A stretch of DNA of 50,128 nt from NCBI GenBank assembly GCA_964563365.1, contig CAZLVR010000001.1:1-50128 (forward strand), written 5' to 3'. This document shows, one piece after another, positions 43,094 through 50,128 of this stretch; position 1 is the stretch's first letter; each line of letters starts with the position of its first letter. The stretch comes from an uncultured Candidatus Saccharibacteria bacterium. Its GTDB lineage: Bacteria; Patescibacteriota; Minisyncoccia; Phycocordibacterales; Phycocordibacteraceae. A program made the translations under genes and the position numbers. A model generated the notes under the pieces. That model had not been told where the DNA came from. It saw nothing but the letters and a program-made list of their open reading frames with translations, and did no database searches.

Positions 43094-44113
43094 ATGACGG
43101 TCGACGAACGCGTACCGCTCTCTTCTCTTACAACCTTCAAATCAGGCGGTGTCACCGCGCGCGTTGCGCATATTCGTACCGTCGAAGATTTCGACGCGGC
43201 GCGGGCGATGATCACCGCTGAGCAGCTCCCGTTCTATGCTCTCGGCGAAGGTTCGAACGTGCTTCCATCAGACGATGGATACGACGGTCTCATTGTGAAG
43301 CTTGAGATACCGGGTATGGAGTTTTCCGTAGAAGGGGACACGGTGCGTGCGACCTGCGGCGCAGGTGTCTCGTGGGATGTGTTCGTACGAGAGGCAGCGG
43401 TACGTGGCCTCTGGGGGGTGGAGAACCTTGCTGGCATTCCGGGGACGTGTGGCGCCGCTCCCGTGCAGAACATCGGCGCGTACGGAGCTGAACTATCTCA
43501 TGTGCTCCATTCCGTTGACGTATATGACATGCGCGATGGCGCGCTCCGAACTATGTTCCGAGATGAATGCGAACTCGCATATCGCGACAGCCGTTTCAAG
43601 CGCGAGAGCAATCTGATCATCGTTCGTGTTACGTTCGCACTCTCGCGCACCGCCGCCCCGCGCATCGAGTACGGCGACCTTTTGCGCGCGAAGGAAGCAG
43701 GAACGGATCTTTCGACGCCTGCCGCGATCGGCGCAGCCGTGCGGACGATTCGTGCGACGAAGTTCCCGGATCTTACTGTGTATGGGACCGCAGGCTCGTT
43801 TTTTAAGAACCCCGTTCTGTCCGAGCAGAAATATACGGAATTGACGGCGCGGTACGGCGCGGTACCACGGTTTTCGAACCCTTCCGGAGTGAAAGTGCCG
43901 CTTGCGTTCATACTCGACAAAGCGCTCGCGCTCCGCGGATTTCGCATGGGGCATGCGCATCTGTTTGGTGCACAGCCACTCGTACTTGTACTCGATCCGG
44001 GTGGAAGCTCTAGCGAGATAGAAGCGCTTGCGCGCGAAGTCGAAACGCGCGTATATGATGCGACTGGGATTCGCATTGAACGCGAAGTGCGCTCGCTTCC
44101 CGAACGCGCGTGA
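43094..44113 (+). CDS. murB: UDP-N-acetylenolpyruvoylglucosamine reductase
   Basis: LSSLTTFKSGGVTARV at the N-terminus (FAD-binding domain) and AGIPGTCGAAPVQNIGAYG. Confidence 0.85.
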   Translation: MTVDERVPLSSLTTFKSGGVTARVAHIRTVEDFDAARAMITAEQLPFYALGEGSNVLPSDDGYDGLIVKLEIPGMEFSVEGDTVRATCGAGVSWDVFVREAAVRGLWGVENLAGIPGTCGAAPVQNIGAYGAELSHVLHSVDVYDMRDGALRTMFRDECELAYRDSRFKRESNLIIVRVTFALSRTAAPRIEYGDLLRAKEAGTDLSTPAAIGAAVRTIRATKFPDLTVYGTAGSFFKNPVLSEQKYTELTARYGAVPRFSNPSGVKVPLAFILDKALALRGFRMGHAHLFGAQPLVLVLDPGGSSSEIEALAREVETRVYDATGIRIEREVRSLPERA

Positions 44114-44251
44114 AAATATTTTTTCGAAAAACTTTTTTGCGCGAACTTATCCACAGGTCGCGCTTTTTTCGCGCAAAAATATTTTTTTCGCGCAATACTA
44201 ATCGATAGAACACTTCGCGTGAAGCTGTTTCAAAAAAATATTTTTGCGCGC
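44113..44251. promoter_or_regulatory. AT-rich gap with three AAAATATTTTT-type palindromic boxes flanked by GCGC
   Basis: aaaatatttttt (44113-44124), gcgcaaaaatatttttttcgcgc (44171-44193) and aaaaaaatatttttgcgcgc (44232-44251). The third box is essentially the inverse of the second. Confidence 0.4.
44147..44155 (+). other. Perfect DnaA-box consensus TTATCCACA
   Basis: An exact 9-mer, sitting in the loop of a gcgcga/tcgcgc hairpin (44139-44163) that is followed by TTTTTT. Confidence 0.3.
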
Positions 44252-44291
44252 AAGTGGGTCGATTATCACTCAACTAAATTCTCTTAGCACC

Positions 44292-44375
44292 ATGGCTGCA
44301 AAGAAGAAGGCGAAGAAGGCGAAGAAGGCCGCCAAGAAGACGACCAAGCGCCGCAAGACCGCGAAGCGCAAATAA
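44292..44375 (+). CDS. Unannotated 27-codon polybasic micro-protein (MAAKKKAKKAKKAAKKTTKRRKTAKRK)
   Basis: Below the ORF-track size cutoff. It runs from ATG 44292 to TAA 44373-44375, lies downstream of the AT-rich box region, and is followed immediately by a strong terminator. No obvious SD is present. Confidence 0.4.
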   Translation: MAAKKKAKKAKKAAKKTTKRRKTAKRK

Positions 44376-44386
44376 CTTGCGCTACA

Positions 44387-44422
44387 AGAACAAGCCCTCG
44401 GAAGAGGGCTTGTTCTTTTTTT
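44387..44422 (+). terminator. Rho-independent terminator
   Basis: agaacaagccctc-ggaa-gagggcttgttct forms a 13-bp stem with a GGAA loop, followed by TTTTTT. Confidence 0.85.
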
Positions 44423-44476
44423 GTCTGTATCCAGACGGTTTACTGTTCCCTCATTTTTCGGTACTGTCTAGGGATT

Positions 44477-47002
44477 ATGGCTGGTTTCCTCGGTACGCTG
44501 TTCTCCCAGAACGAATCTGCGGCCTTCGTGAAGGCTGCGGCGCCCGTGCTTGCCCGGGCGGCTGCTCTTGAAGATGAGCTTACGCCCGTGTCCCGGGAAG
44601 AGTTGCAAGCGCGGCTGCGCTCGGTGCGTGAGCGCACTGGCGGGACGCCGACGAAATCTGACGATATTGCAGAAGTATTCGCGCTTGTGCGCGAAGCGGC
44701 ACGGCGGACCCTGAATGAGCGTCATTACGACGTCCAGCTTATCGGCGGCCTCGCGATAGCGTCCGGAAAGATAGCCGAGATGCGCACCGGCGAAGGAAAG
44801 ACGCTCGTCGCAACGCTCGCGGTGACGCTCCGCGCGCTTGCTCAGAAAGGCGTTCACATCGTCACCGTAAACGACTATCTCGCGCGCCGCGACGCATCCT
44901 GGATGGGGCAGGTGTATGACTACCTCGGCCTCACCGTCGGTGCCGTGACGAGCCAAGGCTCGTATATATATGACGCATCACATGTTGCTCCGGAGGAGGA
45001 TGCGGAGCGAGATCAGGAAGGCTCTTTTAAGGTCTTCTATGAGTATCTTCGACCTGCGGGGAAGCGCGATGCGTATGCTGCAGACATCACGTATGCGACT
45101 AATAATGAGCTCGGCTTCGATTATCTTCGGGACAATACCGCATACGATCCGGCGGGAATCGTACAGCGCGGGCATCACTTCGCGATCGTCGACGAGATCG
45201 ATTCGATCCTCATCGATGAGGCGCGCACGCCGCTTATCATCTCGGGACCTGCAGCCGATGCGGAAGGGCTCTATGAGCGCTTCGCAGGAATCGTCCGCGA
45301 CTTTACGGAAGGGCCTGAGTACACGGTCGACGAGAAGCAGCGCGCGGTCCAGATAACCGAGGACGGCATCCGGAAAGCGGAAGTTGCGCTCGGCATCGAG
45401 AATCTTTACACCGAGGGCGGGATGAAATACGCGCATCACTTTGAGACTGCGGTGCGGGCGAAGGCGCTCTTCCGCAAGGACAAGGAGTATGTCGTGAAGG
45501 ATGGCGAGATCATCATCGTCGACGAATTTACGGGACGGCTCCAGCCGGGTCGTCGCTGGTCGGAAGGGCTTCATCAGGCGGTCGAGGCGAAAGAAGGCGT
45601 GCCGGTGAAGAAGGAGACACGCACGTACGCCTCCGTCACGTTCCAGAACTACTTCCGCATGTATGAAGGTCTCGCCGGCATGACCGGCACCGGCCTCTCA
45701 TCCGAAGAGGAGTTTTATACCGTCTATAAGCTTGAGGTCGTGTCCGTGCCGACGAATAAGCCGGTACAGCGTATTGATCGCGACGATCTCATCTTCCAGA
45801 CGAATAACGGGAAATATACTGCACTCGCGCGACAGGTAAAGGAACTCCACGAGAAGGGTCAGCCGGTTCTTGTCGGCACGGTTTCCATCGAAGACAACGA
45901 GGTCGTGAGCGAAGCGCTCAGAAAGGCTGGCATACCGCACGAGGTGTTGAACGCAAAGAATCATGAGCGTGAAGGAGAGATCATTGCAGAGGCAGGCAAG
46001 AAGGGGCGTGTTACGGTCGCGACGAACCTCGCTGGCCGCGGCGTGGATATTAAGCTTGGCGGCGCCACTGCTTCGCCCGAAGAGCGCGAAGCTGTTCGTG
46101 CCGTAGGCGGTCTTGCCGTCATCGGCACGGAGCGCCACGAGGCACGCCGCATCGACGATCAGCTGCGCGGTCGTTCCGGCCGCCAGGGCGATCCTGGCGA
46201 GACACGCTTCTTCGTCTCCCTTGAGGACAAACTCATGCGCGTCTTCGCGTCCGACATGATCAAGAACGTGATGGGTACCTTCAAGATACCGGAGGATGAG
46301 CCTATCGAGAGCGGCATGATCACCAAATCACTCGAGACCGCGCAGAAGCGAATTGAAGGCTATAACTTCGACGCCCGCAAGCAGGTGCTCGCGTATGATG
46401 ACGTCCTTAATACGCAGCGTCTCTCAGTCTATGCGAAGAGGAACGAGGCACTTCTCGGGACGGATGAGGATGTGCTTGCAGAGTATGCGCGCATTGCCGG
46501 AACGGATGCTGCCGCGGTCGCGGCGCTCGCGGAGAAGCGCGTCGAGTTCGGCGATGCGTTCGTCCCGGTACTACGACGGCTCCTTCTTCAGATAACAGAT
46601 GCATTCTGGCTCGAACACCTTGAGACCATGGACTATCTGCGCCGGTCTGTGTCGCTGCGCGCCTACGGACAGCGCGACCCGCTCATCGAATATCGTCGCG
46701 AAGGGCTCGCTCGCTTCAACGGCATGCAGGATGCTATCGATGCGGCCATACGCGATGCGCTTCCGCGGATACGTCCAGCCGACGATGCGAAGATCCGAGC
46801 GGAAGAAGCAAAGACGCGCAAGGCGCTTGTGGCCGCTTCAAACGGTTCTGATGCCTCGGCTGATGCACTTCCGGTCGTCCGCTCGGGAAAAGAGTACGGC
46901 AGGAACGATACGGTCACTATCAGAAACGGCGAGAAGACGCAGACGCTTAAGTACAAGAAGGCCGAGCCGTTTATCGCGGAAGGCTGGACGATCGTGCCGT
47001 AG
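44477..47002 (+). CDS. secA: Preprotein translocase ATPase SecA
   Basis: MRTGEGKTLVATL (Walker A region), DEIDSILIDEARTPLIISG (DEAD-like) and TNLAGRGVDIKLGG; 841 aa. Confidence 0.95.
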   Translation: MAGFLGTLFSQNESAAFVKAAAPVLARAAALEDELTPVSREELQARLRSVRERTGGTPTKSDDIAEVFALVREAARRTLNERHYDVQLIGGLAIASGKIAEMRTGEGKTLVATLAVTLRALAQKGVHIVTVNDYLARRDASWMGQVYDYLGLTVGAVTSQGSYIYDASHVAPEEDAERDQEGSFKVFYEYLRPAGKRDAYAADITYATNNELGFDYLRDNTAYDPAGIVQRGHHFAIVDEIDSILIDEARTPLIISGPAADAEGLYERFAGIVRDFTEGPEYTVDEKQRAVQITEDGIRKAEVALGIENLYTEGGMKYAHHFETAVRAKALFRKDKEYVVKDGEIIIVDEFTGRLQPGRRWSEGLHQAVEAKEGVPVKKETRTYASVTFQNYFRMYEGLAGMTGTGLSSEEEFYTVYKLEVVSVPTNKPVQRIDRDDLIFQTNNGKYTALARQVKELHEKGQPVLVGTVSIEDNEVVSEALRKAGIPHEVLNAKNHEREGEIIAEAGKKGRVTVATNLAGRGVDIKLGGATASPEEREAVRAVGGLAVIGTERHEARRIDDQLRGRSGRQGDPGETRFFVSLEDKLMRVFASDMIKNVMGTFKIPEDEPIESGMITKSLETAQKRIEGYNFDARKQVLAYDDVLNTQRLSVYAKRNEALLGTDEDVLAEYARIAGTDAAAVAALAEKRVEFGDAFVPVLRRLLLQITDAFWLEHLETMDYLRRSVSLRAYGQRDPLIEYRREGLARFNGMQDAIDAAIRDALPRIRPADDAKIRAEEAKTRKALVAASNGSDASADALPVVRSGKEYGRNDTVTIRNGEKTQTLKYKKAEPFIAEGWTIVP

Positions 47003-47038
47003 GCATTTTGCCGGTGCGTATCCGTATCGTGTATTGGA

Positions 47039-47076
47039 GAGAGAGGTCAGTACCATATATGGTACTGACCTCTCTC
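47039..47076. terminator. 38-bp perfect palindrome (19-bp arms) downstream of secA
   Basis: gagagaggtcagtaccata | tatggtactgacctctctc with zero loop mismatch and no clear U-tract. Confidence 0.5.
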
Positions 47077-47112
47077 AGTGCGGTTTGCGGGAGTATCTGC
47101 TAGTGTGAACAT

Positions 47113-48093
47113 ATGGCATTCGTCGACGAGGTAACCATTACCGCCCAGGCCGGCAACGGCGGCACGGGCGTCATACGCTGGCTCCGCCAGAAAGAGAATG
47201 CTCGGGGCGGTCCTTGTGGCGGGGATGGCGGGCGGGGAGGCGACGTCATACTCAAGGGCGTTCGCGATCTCGCCATCCTCTCGACATATCGGTTCACGAA
47301 GAAGTTCCGCGCAGAGAACGGAGAGGCTGGCATGAACCAGAACAAGCACGGCGCGGACGGGAAGGCCGTCGTTCTCCAGGTACCTGTCGGCACCGTCGCG
47401 ACGGTGAGCTCGACCGGCGAAACCTACGAAGTACTCCGTGAGGGAGAAGAGATCGTGGTGCTTAAGGGCGGTTCGGGCGGGTTCGGCAATAGCCACTTCA
47501 AGAGCTCAACGAACCAGAATCCGTTCCAGAAAACGGAGGGTAAGCCGGGGCAGGGTGGGGATATCCATATCACCCTCAAACTCATCGCGGATGCGGGTCT
47601 CATAGGGTTCCCGAACGCTGGAAAATCATCCCTTTTGAACGCACTTACCCGGGCGAAGTCGAAGGTTGGTGCATACCCATTCACCACCCTCGACCCCCAC
47701 CTCGGTGACTTCTACGGACGCCTTCTCGCCGACATTCCGGGCCTCATCGAGGGCGCCTCGGCAGGAAAAGGACTCGGTTCAAAGTTTCTCCGTCACGTAG
47801 AACGCACTGGTCTCCTCGTACATCTTGTCTCGGCTGAACAAGAAAACCCTGCCGAGGCATATAGGGCCATACGGGATGAGCTGTCGGCATTCGGCCGGGG
47901 GCTTGCCGAGAAGCCTGAGCTTGTGGTCCTGTCTAAAGTCGATCTGCTTACCCCGGAAGAGCTTGCGAAAAAGCTTTCTGCGCTCGAGACGGTCGTGGGG
48001 ACGGGGGAAATCCAGACGGTGTCCGTCGCTGACGATGAACTCCTAAAGGCTTTCTCTGACCGTCTCGCCCGCTTGCTAGAGAAGAACGCCTAG
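47113..48093 (+). CDS. obg: GTPase Obg/CgtA
   Basis: Gly-rich Obg fold AGNGGTGVIRWLRQKENARGGPCGGDGGRGGDVIL, G1 motif GFPNAGKSSLLNAL, and DIPGLIEGAS. Confidence 0.9.
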   Translation: MAFVDEVTITAQAGNGGTGVIRWLRQKENARGGPCGGDGGRGGDVILKGVRDLAILSTYRFTKKFRAENGEAGMNQNKHGADGKAVVLQVPVGTVATVSSTGETYEVLREGEEIVVLKGGSGGFGNSHFKSSTNQNPFQKTEGKPGQGGDIHITLKLIADAGLIGFPNAGKSSLLNALTRAKSKVGAYPFTTLDPHLGDFYGRLLADIPGLIEGASAGKGLGSKFLRHVERTGLLVHLVSAEQENPAEAYRAIRDELSAFGRGLAEKPELVVLSKVDLLTPEELAKKLSALETVVGTGEIQTVSVADDELLKAFSDRLARLLEKNA

Positions 48094-48100
48094 GGTTAGA

Positions 48101-49495
48101 GTGGGGCCAATGGCTTCCTTTCGGCCCACCATAGGGCTTGAGATACACGCAGAACTCCGGACGAACACGAAGATGTTCTGCGACTCTAAGAACGACCCGG
48201 ATGAAGGGCGTCCGAACGTCAATATCTGCCCGGTCTGCATGGCGCATCCCGGCACGCTGCCGGTCATAAACCGTGAGGCGGTACGGCACGTGCTTCGCGT
48301 CGGCGCGGCACTCGACGGGAAACTCGCCGACTACACGGAGTTCGATCGCAAATCCTACTTCTATCCGGACATACCGAAGGGATATCAGATCAGTCAGTAC
48401 GAGCACCCACTCGTCTCGGGCGGTTCATTGAACGGGATCGCGATCACGCGCGTGCATCTCGAAGAGGACACGGCGCGTTCCTCGCATGCAGGCGGCTCGT
48501 CGCTCGTCGATTTCAATCGTGCCGGTGTTCCTCTTATGGAGCTTGTGACGGAACCAGTCATACACGACGCGAAGACGGCAGGGGACTTCGCGCGCGAACT
48601 TCAGCTCCTCCTCCGAACACTCGGCGCATCCGAAGCGAATCTTGAGAAAGGCGAGATGCGCATCGAGGCGAACGTTTCCGTGTCTGCGGACGATTCTTTC
48701 GGAACGAAGGTCGAGGTTAAGAACCTGAACTCGTTCCGTTCGGTCGAGCGTGCGATCGAGCATGAGATCGCCCGGCAGTCGAAGCTCATCGAGGAAGGGG
48801 GTACTGTCGTCCAGGAGACTCGTGGCTGGGACGAAGGGAAGCAGGAGACCTTCCATCAGCGCTTCAAGGAAGGGAGCGCCGACTACCGGTATTTCCCGGA
48901 GCCCGATCTCCCGAAGCTCATTCTGTCCGAGATGCCAGAGCTCTCCGCAGACGCGCTCAAAGCGTCTATGCCGGAACTTCCGTGGGAGAAGCGCGCGCGC
49001 CTTATCGGGAACGGAATCTCAGCAGAGGCGGCAGAGATACTCGTCGGCGACGAAGCGTATGCGGAGGTCTATGCGCGCGAGATAGCCGGGATCAAGGACG
49101 AGAAGGCGCATAAGGCAGCGGTCAACGTGCTCGTTGGCGAAGTGCGGAGCCTGAACCCGAGTGTCGAGAAGCTCGCGAACTTCAAAGGTTCAACCTTCGG
49201 TCCGGTCATGGAGGCCTTCGTCGCGGGAACAACTTCATCGACAGCGGCGAAGGCGGCTATCATGGGGGTTCTTGAGAACGGCGGAGAGCCGGAGATCATC
49301 ATCCAGGTAAGCGATTCTGAAGCCCTCCAAAAAGCCGTCCAGGAGGTCATAAACGGCAATCAGAGCGTCGTTGCTGAATACAAGTCAGGTAAGGGGGCTG
49401 CGCTCCAATATCTCGTAGGACAGGCAATGAAGGCCACTCGAGGGGCAGGAAACCCGGGCCTTATACGAAACCTTCTCGAAGAAGCCTTGCAGTAG
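48101..49495 (+). CDS. gatB: Asp-tRNA(Asn)/Glu-tRNA(Gln) amidotransferase subunit B
   Basis: PTIGLEIHAELRTNTKMFC, VHLEEDTAR, and a C-terminal GatB/YqeY domain (LQYLVGQAMKATRGAGNP). Confidence 0.9.
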   Translation: MGPMASFRPTIGLEIHAELRTNTKMFCDSKNDPDEGRPNVNICPVCMAHPGTLPVINREAVRHVLRVGAALDGKLADYTEFDRKSYFYPDIPKGYQISQYEHPLVSGGSLNGIAITRVHLEEDTARSSHAGGSSLVDFNRAGVPLMELVTEPVIHDAKTAGDFARELQLLLRTLGASEANLEKGEMRIEANVSVSADDSFGTKVEVKNLNSFRSVERAIEHEIARQSKLIEEGGTVVQETRGWDEGKQETFHQRFKEGSADYRYFPEPDLPKLILSEMPELSADALKASMPELPWEKRARLIGNGISAEAAEILVGDEAYAEVYAREIAGIKDEKAHKAAVNVLVGEVRSLNPSVEKLANFKGSTFGPVMEAFVAGTTSSTAAKAAIMGVLENGGEPEIIIQVSDSEALQKAVQEVINGNQSVVAEYKSGKGAALQYLVGQAMKATRGAGNPGLIRNLLEEALQ

Positions 49496-49517
49496 GGGAA
49501 GTGGCAGAGTGCGCGAG

Positions 49518-49549
49518 AAAAACGGGACGGAGAGGCCCGTTTTTCTTTT
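49518..49549 (+). terminator. Rho-independent terminator after gatB
   Basis: aaaaacggg...cccgttttt stem followed by cttttctttc. Confidence 0.65.
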
Positions 49550-49560
49550 CTTTCTACAAA

Positions 49561-49651
49561 ATATATTTCTTGTACTAAACAGACGAGAAATTCATAAAAT
49601 ACAATCTATATTGAGAACGAGAAATATATATTTCTTACATTTCTCGTACTA
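49561..49651. repeat. Short direct and inverted repeats in an AT-rich gap
   Basis: ATATATTTCTT occurs at 49561-49571 and 49626-49636. ACGAGAAAT occurs at 49583-49591 and 49617-49625, with its inverse ATTTCTCGT at 49639-49647. TTTCT(T/C)GTACTA occurs at 49566-49577 and 49640-49651. Confidence 0.5.
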
Positions 49652-49899
49652 CATTTCATCAATTACTCCTCTCCTTTCCAGGGCTACCGAATATTCTCAG
49701 CATTCATCGACGCATACGTAAAAACTTCTGCTTCGCACTAAGAAAAATCCGTTCTGATGCTGAACAAAGGATTCATTTCGATTCGCTATTCCGTTGGCTT
49801 TTCTTTCAAAAGAAGATTCTTCCCGCTGTGTATAGCGCCGCGTATTTGCTCGTTTTTCCCTCATACTGTGATGAGTAGTTCGTACGACGAAAAAACGAG

Positions 49900-50128
49900 A
49901 TGTCACCGCACGATTCGACGAACCTCCTCTCCACACGCGAAGCAGCGAAGCTTCTCGGGTATACGCATGACTACATAGCGCGCATGTGTCGTTCCGGCGC
50001 GCTCCCCGCATCGCGAGTCGGCGCTGCGTGGTATGTCACGCACAAGGATGTAGAGGCATTCGGACGTACGCACGGGAAAAAACTTGATGCGTATCGGAAG
50101 ACGCTTGCTCAAGAAATGCGCCGCGAAC
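49900..50128 (+). CDS. Excisionase/MerR-type helix-turn-helix DNA-binding protein, N-terminal part (runs off the right edge)
   Basis: Absent from the ORF track because it is open-ended. The product is MSPHDSTNLLSTREAAKLLGYTHDYIARMCRSGALPASRVGAAWYVTHKDVEAF. This fits the excisionase-family pattern L.T.EAA.LLG......I.R....G.L.A..VG..W.....D.E.F. Confidence 0.55.
   Translation, partial: MSPHDSTNLLSTREAAKLLGYTHDYIARMCRSGALPASRVGAAWYVTHKDVEAFGRTHGKKLDAYRKTLAQEMRRE

Noticed and set aside
44113-44260. Chromosomal replication origin (AT-rich region plus a perfect DnaA box)
   Set aside because: There is only one DnaA box, no dnaA or dnaN nearby, and no cluster of boxes or 13-mer-like DUE repeats beyond the three palindromes. 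The box also sits in the loop of a probable murB terminator hairpin. The site is reported as a regulatory curiosity instead.
47047-47496. Track ORF 47047..47496(-) (149 aa) and other frames overlapping obg
   Set aside because: It lies opposite or overlapping the clearly recognisable Obg N-terminal Gly-rich domain and has no motifs.
49757-50112. Track ORFs 49757..49978(+), 49697..50011(-) and 49903..50112(-)
   Set aside because: Their compositions are poor (Phe/Arg/Ser/Cys-rich). They also conflict with the open-ended frame from 49900, which carries a convincing excisionase-type HTH signature.
1-50128. CRISPR arrays, rRNA genes, transposases/integrases, toxin-antitoxin pairs, and known defence-system hallmarks
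   Set aside because: A visual scan found no regularly spaced direct repeats. The track products showed no rRNA-like conserved strings and no DDE, tyrosine- or serine-recombinase motifs. They also showed no nuclease/helicase/methylase combinations typical of restriction-modification, Cas or abortive-infection systems. The absence is judged by eye only.

Overview
This is a compact, fairly GC-rich bacterial chromosomal window, judged by eye. Most genes lie on the + strand, and many neighbours share 1-4 nt stop/start overlaps, which suggests translational coupling. The window runs as follows. (a) 1-1060: a minus-strand gene start at the left edge, preceded by an intrinsic terminator and a ~240-nt highly structured, unassigned RNA or leader; a small ORF; and tRNA-Ile(GAU). 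(b) 1.0-8.1 kb: cell-wall and housekeeping genes (PrcB-like, murD, murI, murC, a DUF218 protein, a Nudix protein, rsmI, and a secreted protein). (c) 8.1-11.9 kb: an orphan block of three unassignable small proteins, a ~0.5-kb non-coding gap, and a soluble TraD/VirD4-like P-loop ATPase with a long disordered tail. (d) 12.0-43.1 kb: a ~31-kb surface-glycan locus. It holds five SDR enzymes; a CE4 deacetylase; a formyltransferase-like protein; six GT4-type glycosyltransferases and one each of GT2, GT47-like, GT75 (RGP)-like and GT-C-like; five methyltransferases; a Wzx flippase; a Wzy/O-antigen-ligase-TPR protein; a ColD/RfbH-like sugar 3-dehydratase; a split transketolase; two Nudix-type and HAD helpers; and YvcK. 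(e) 43.1-49.5 kb: murB, an unannotated 27-codon polybasic ORF with its own terminator, secA, obg and gatB. (f) 49.5-50.1 kb: an AT-rich repeat-bearing gap, followed by the start of an excisionase-type HTH gene that runs off the right edge. No rRNA, CRISPR array, transposase or integrase was seen. The gene repertoire hints at a Patescibacteria/CPR-like organism, but this is a weak inference. The most unusual content has four parts: a plant-type RGP/UDP-arabinopyranose-mutase homologue coupled to a polyprenyl-phosphate GT2, an SMR-type putative flippase and a GT-C protein; a His-variant, cysteine-less 3-dehydratase next to a split transketolase; the riboswitch-like leader at the left edge; and the hidden polybasic micro-ORF. 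All functional calls come from motif recognition by eye; no database search was run.
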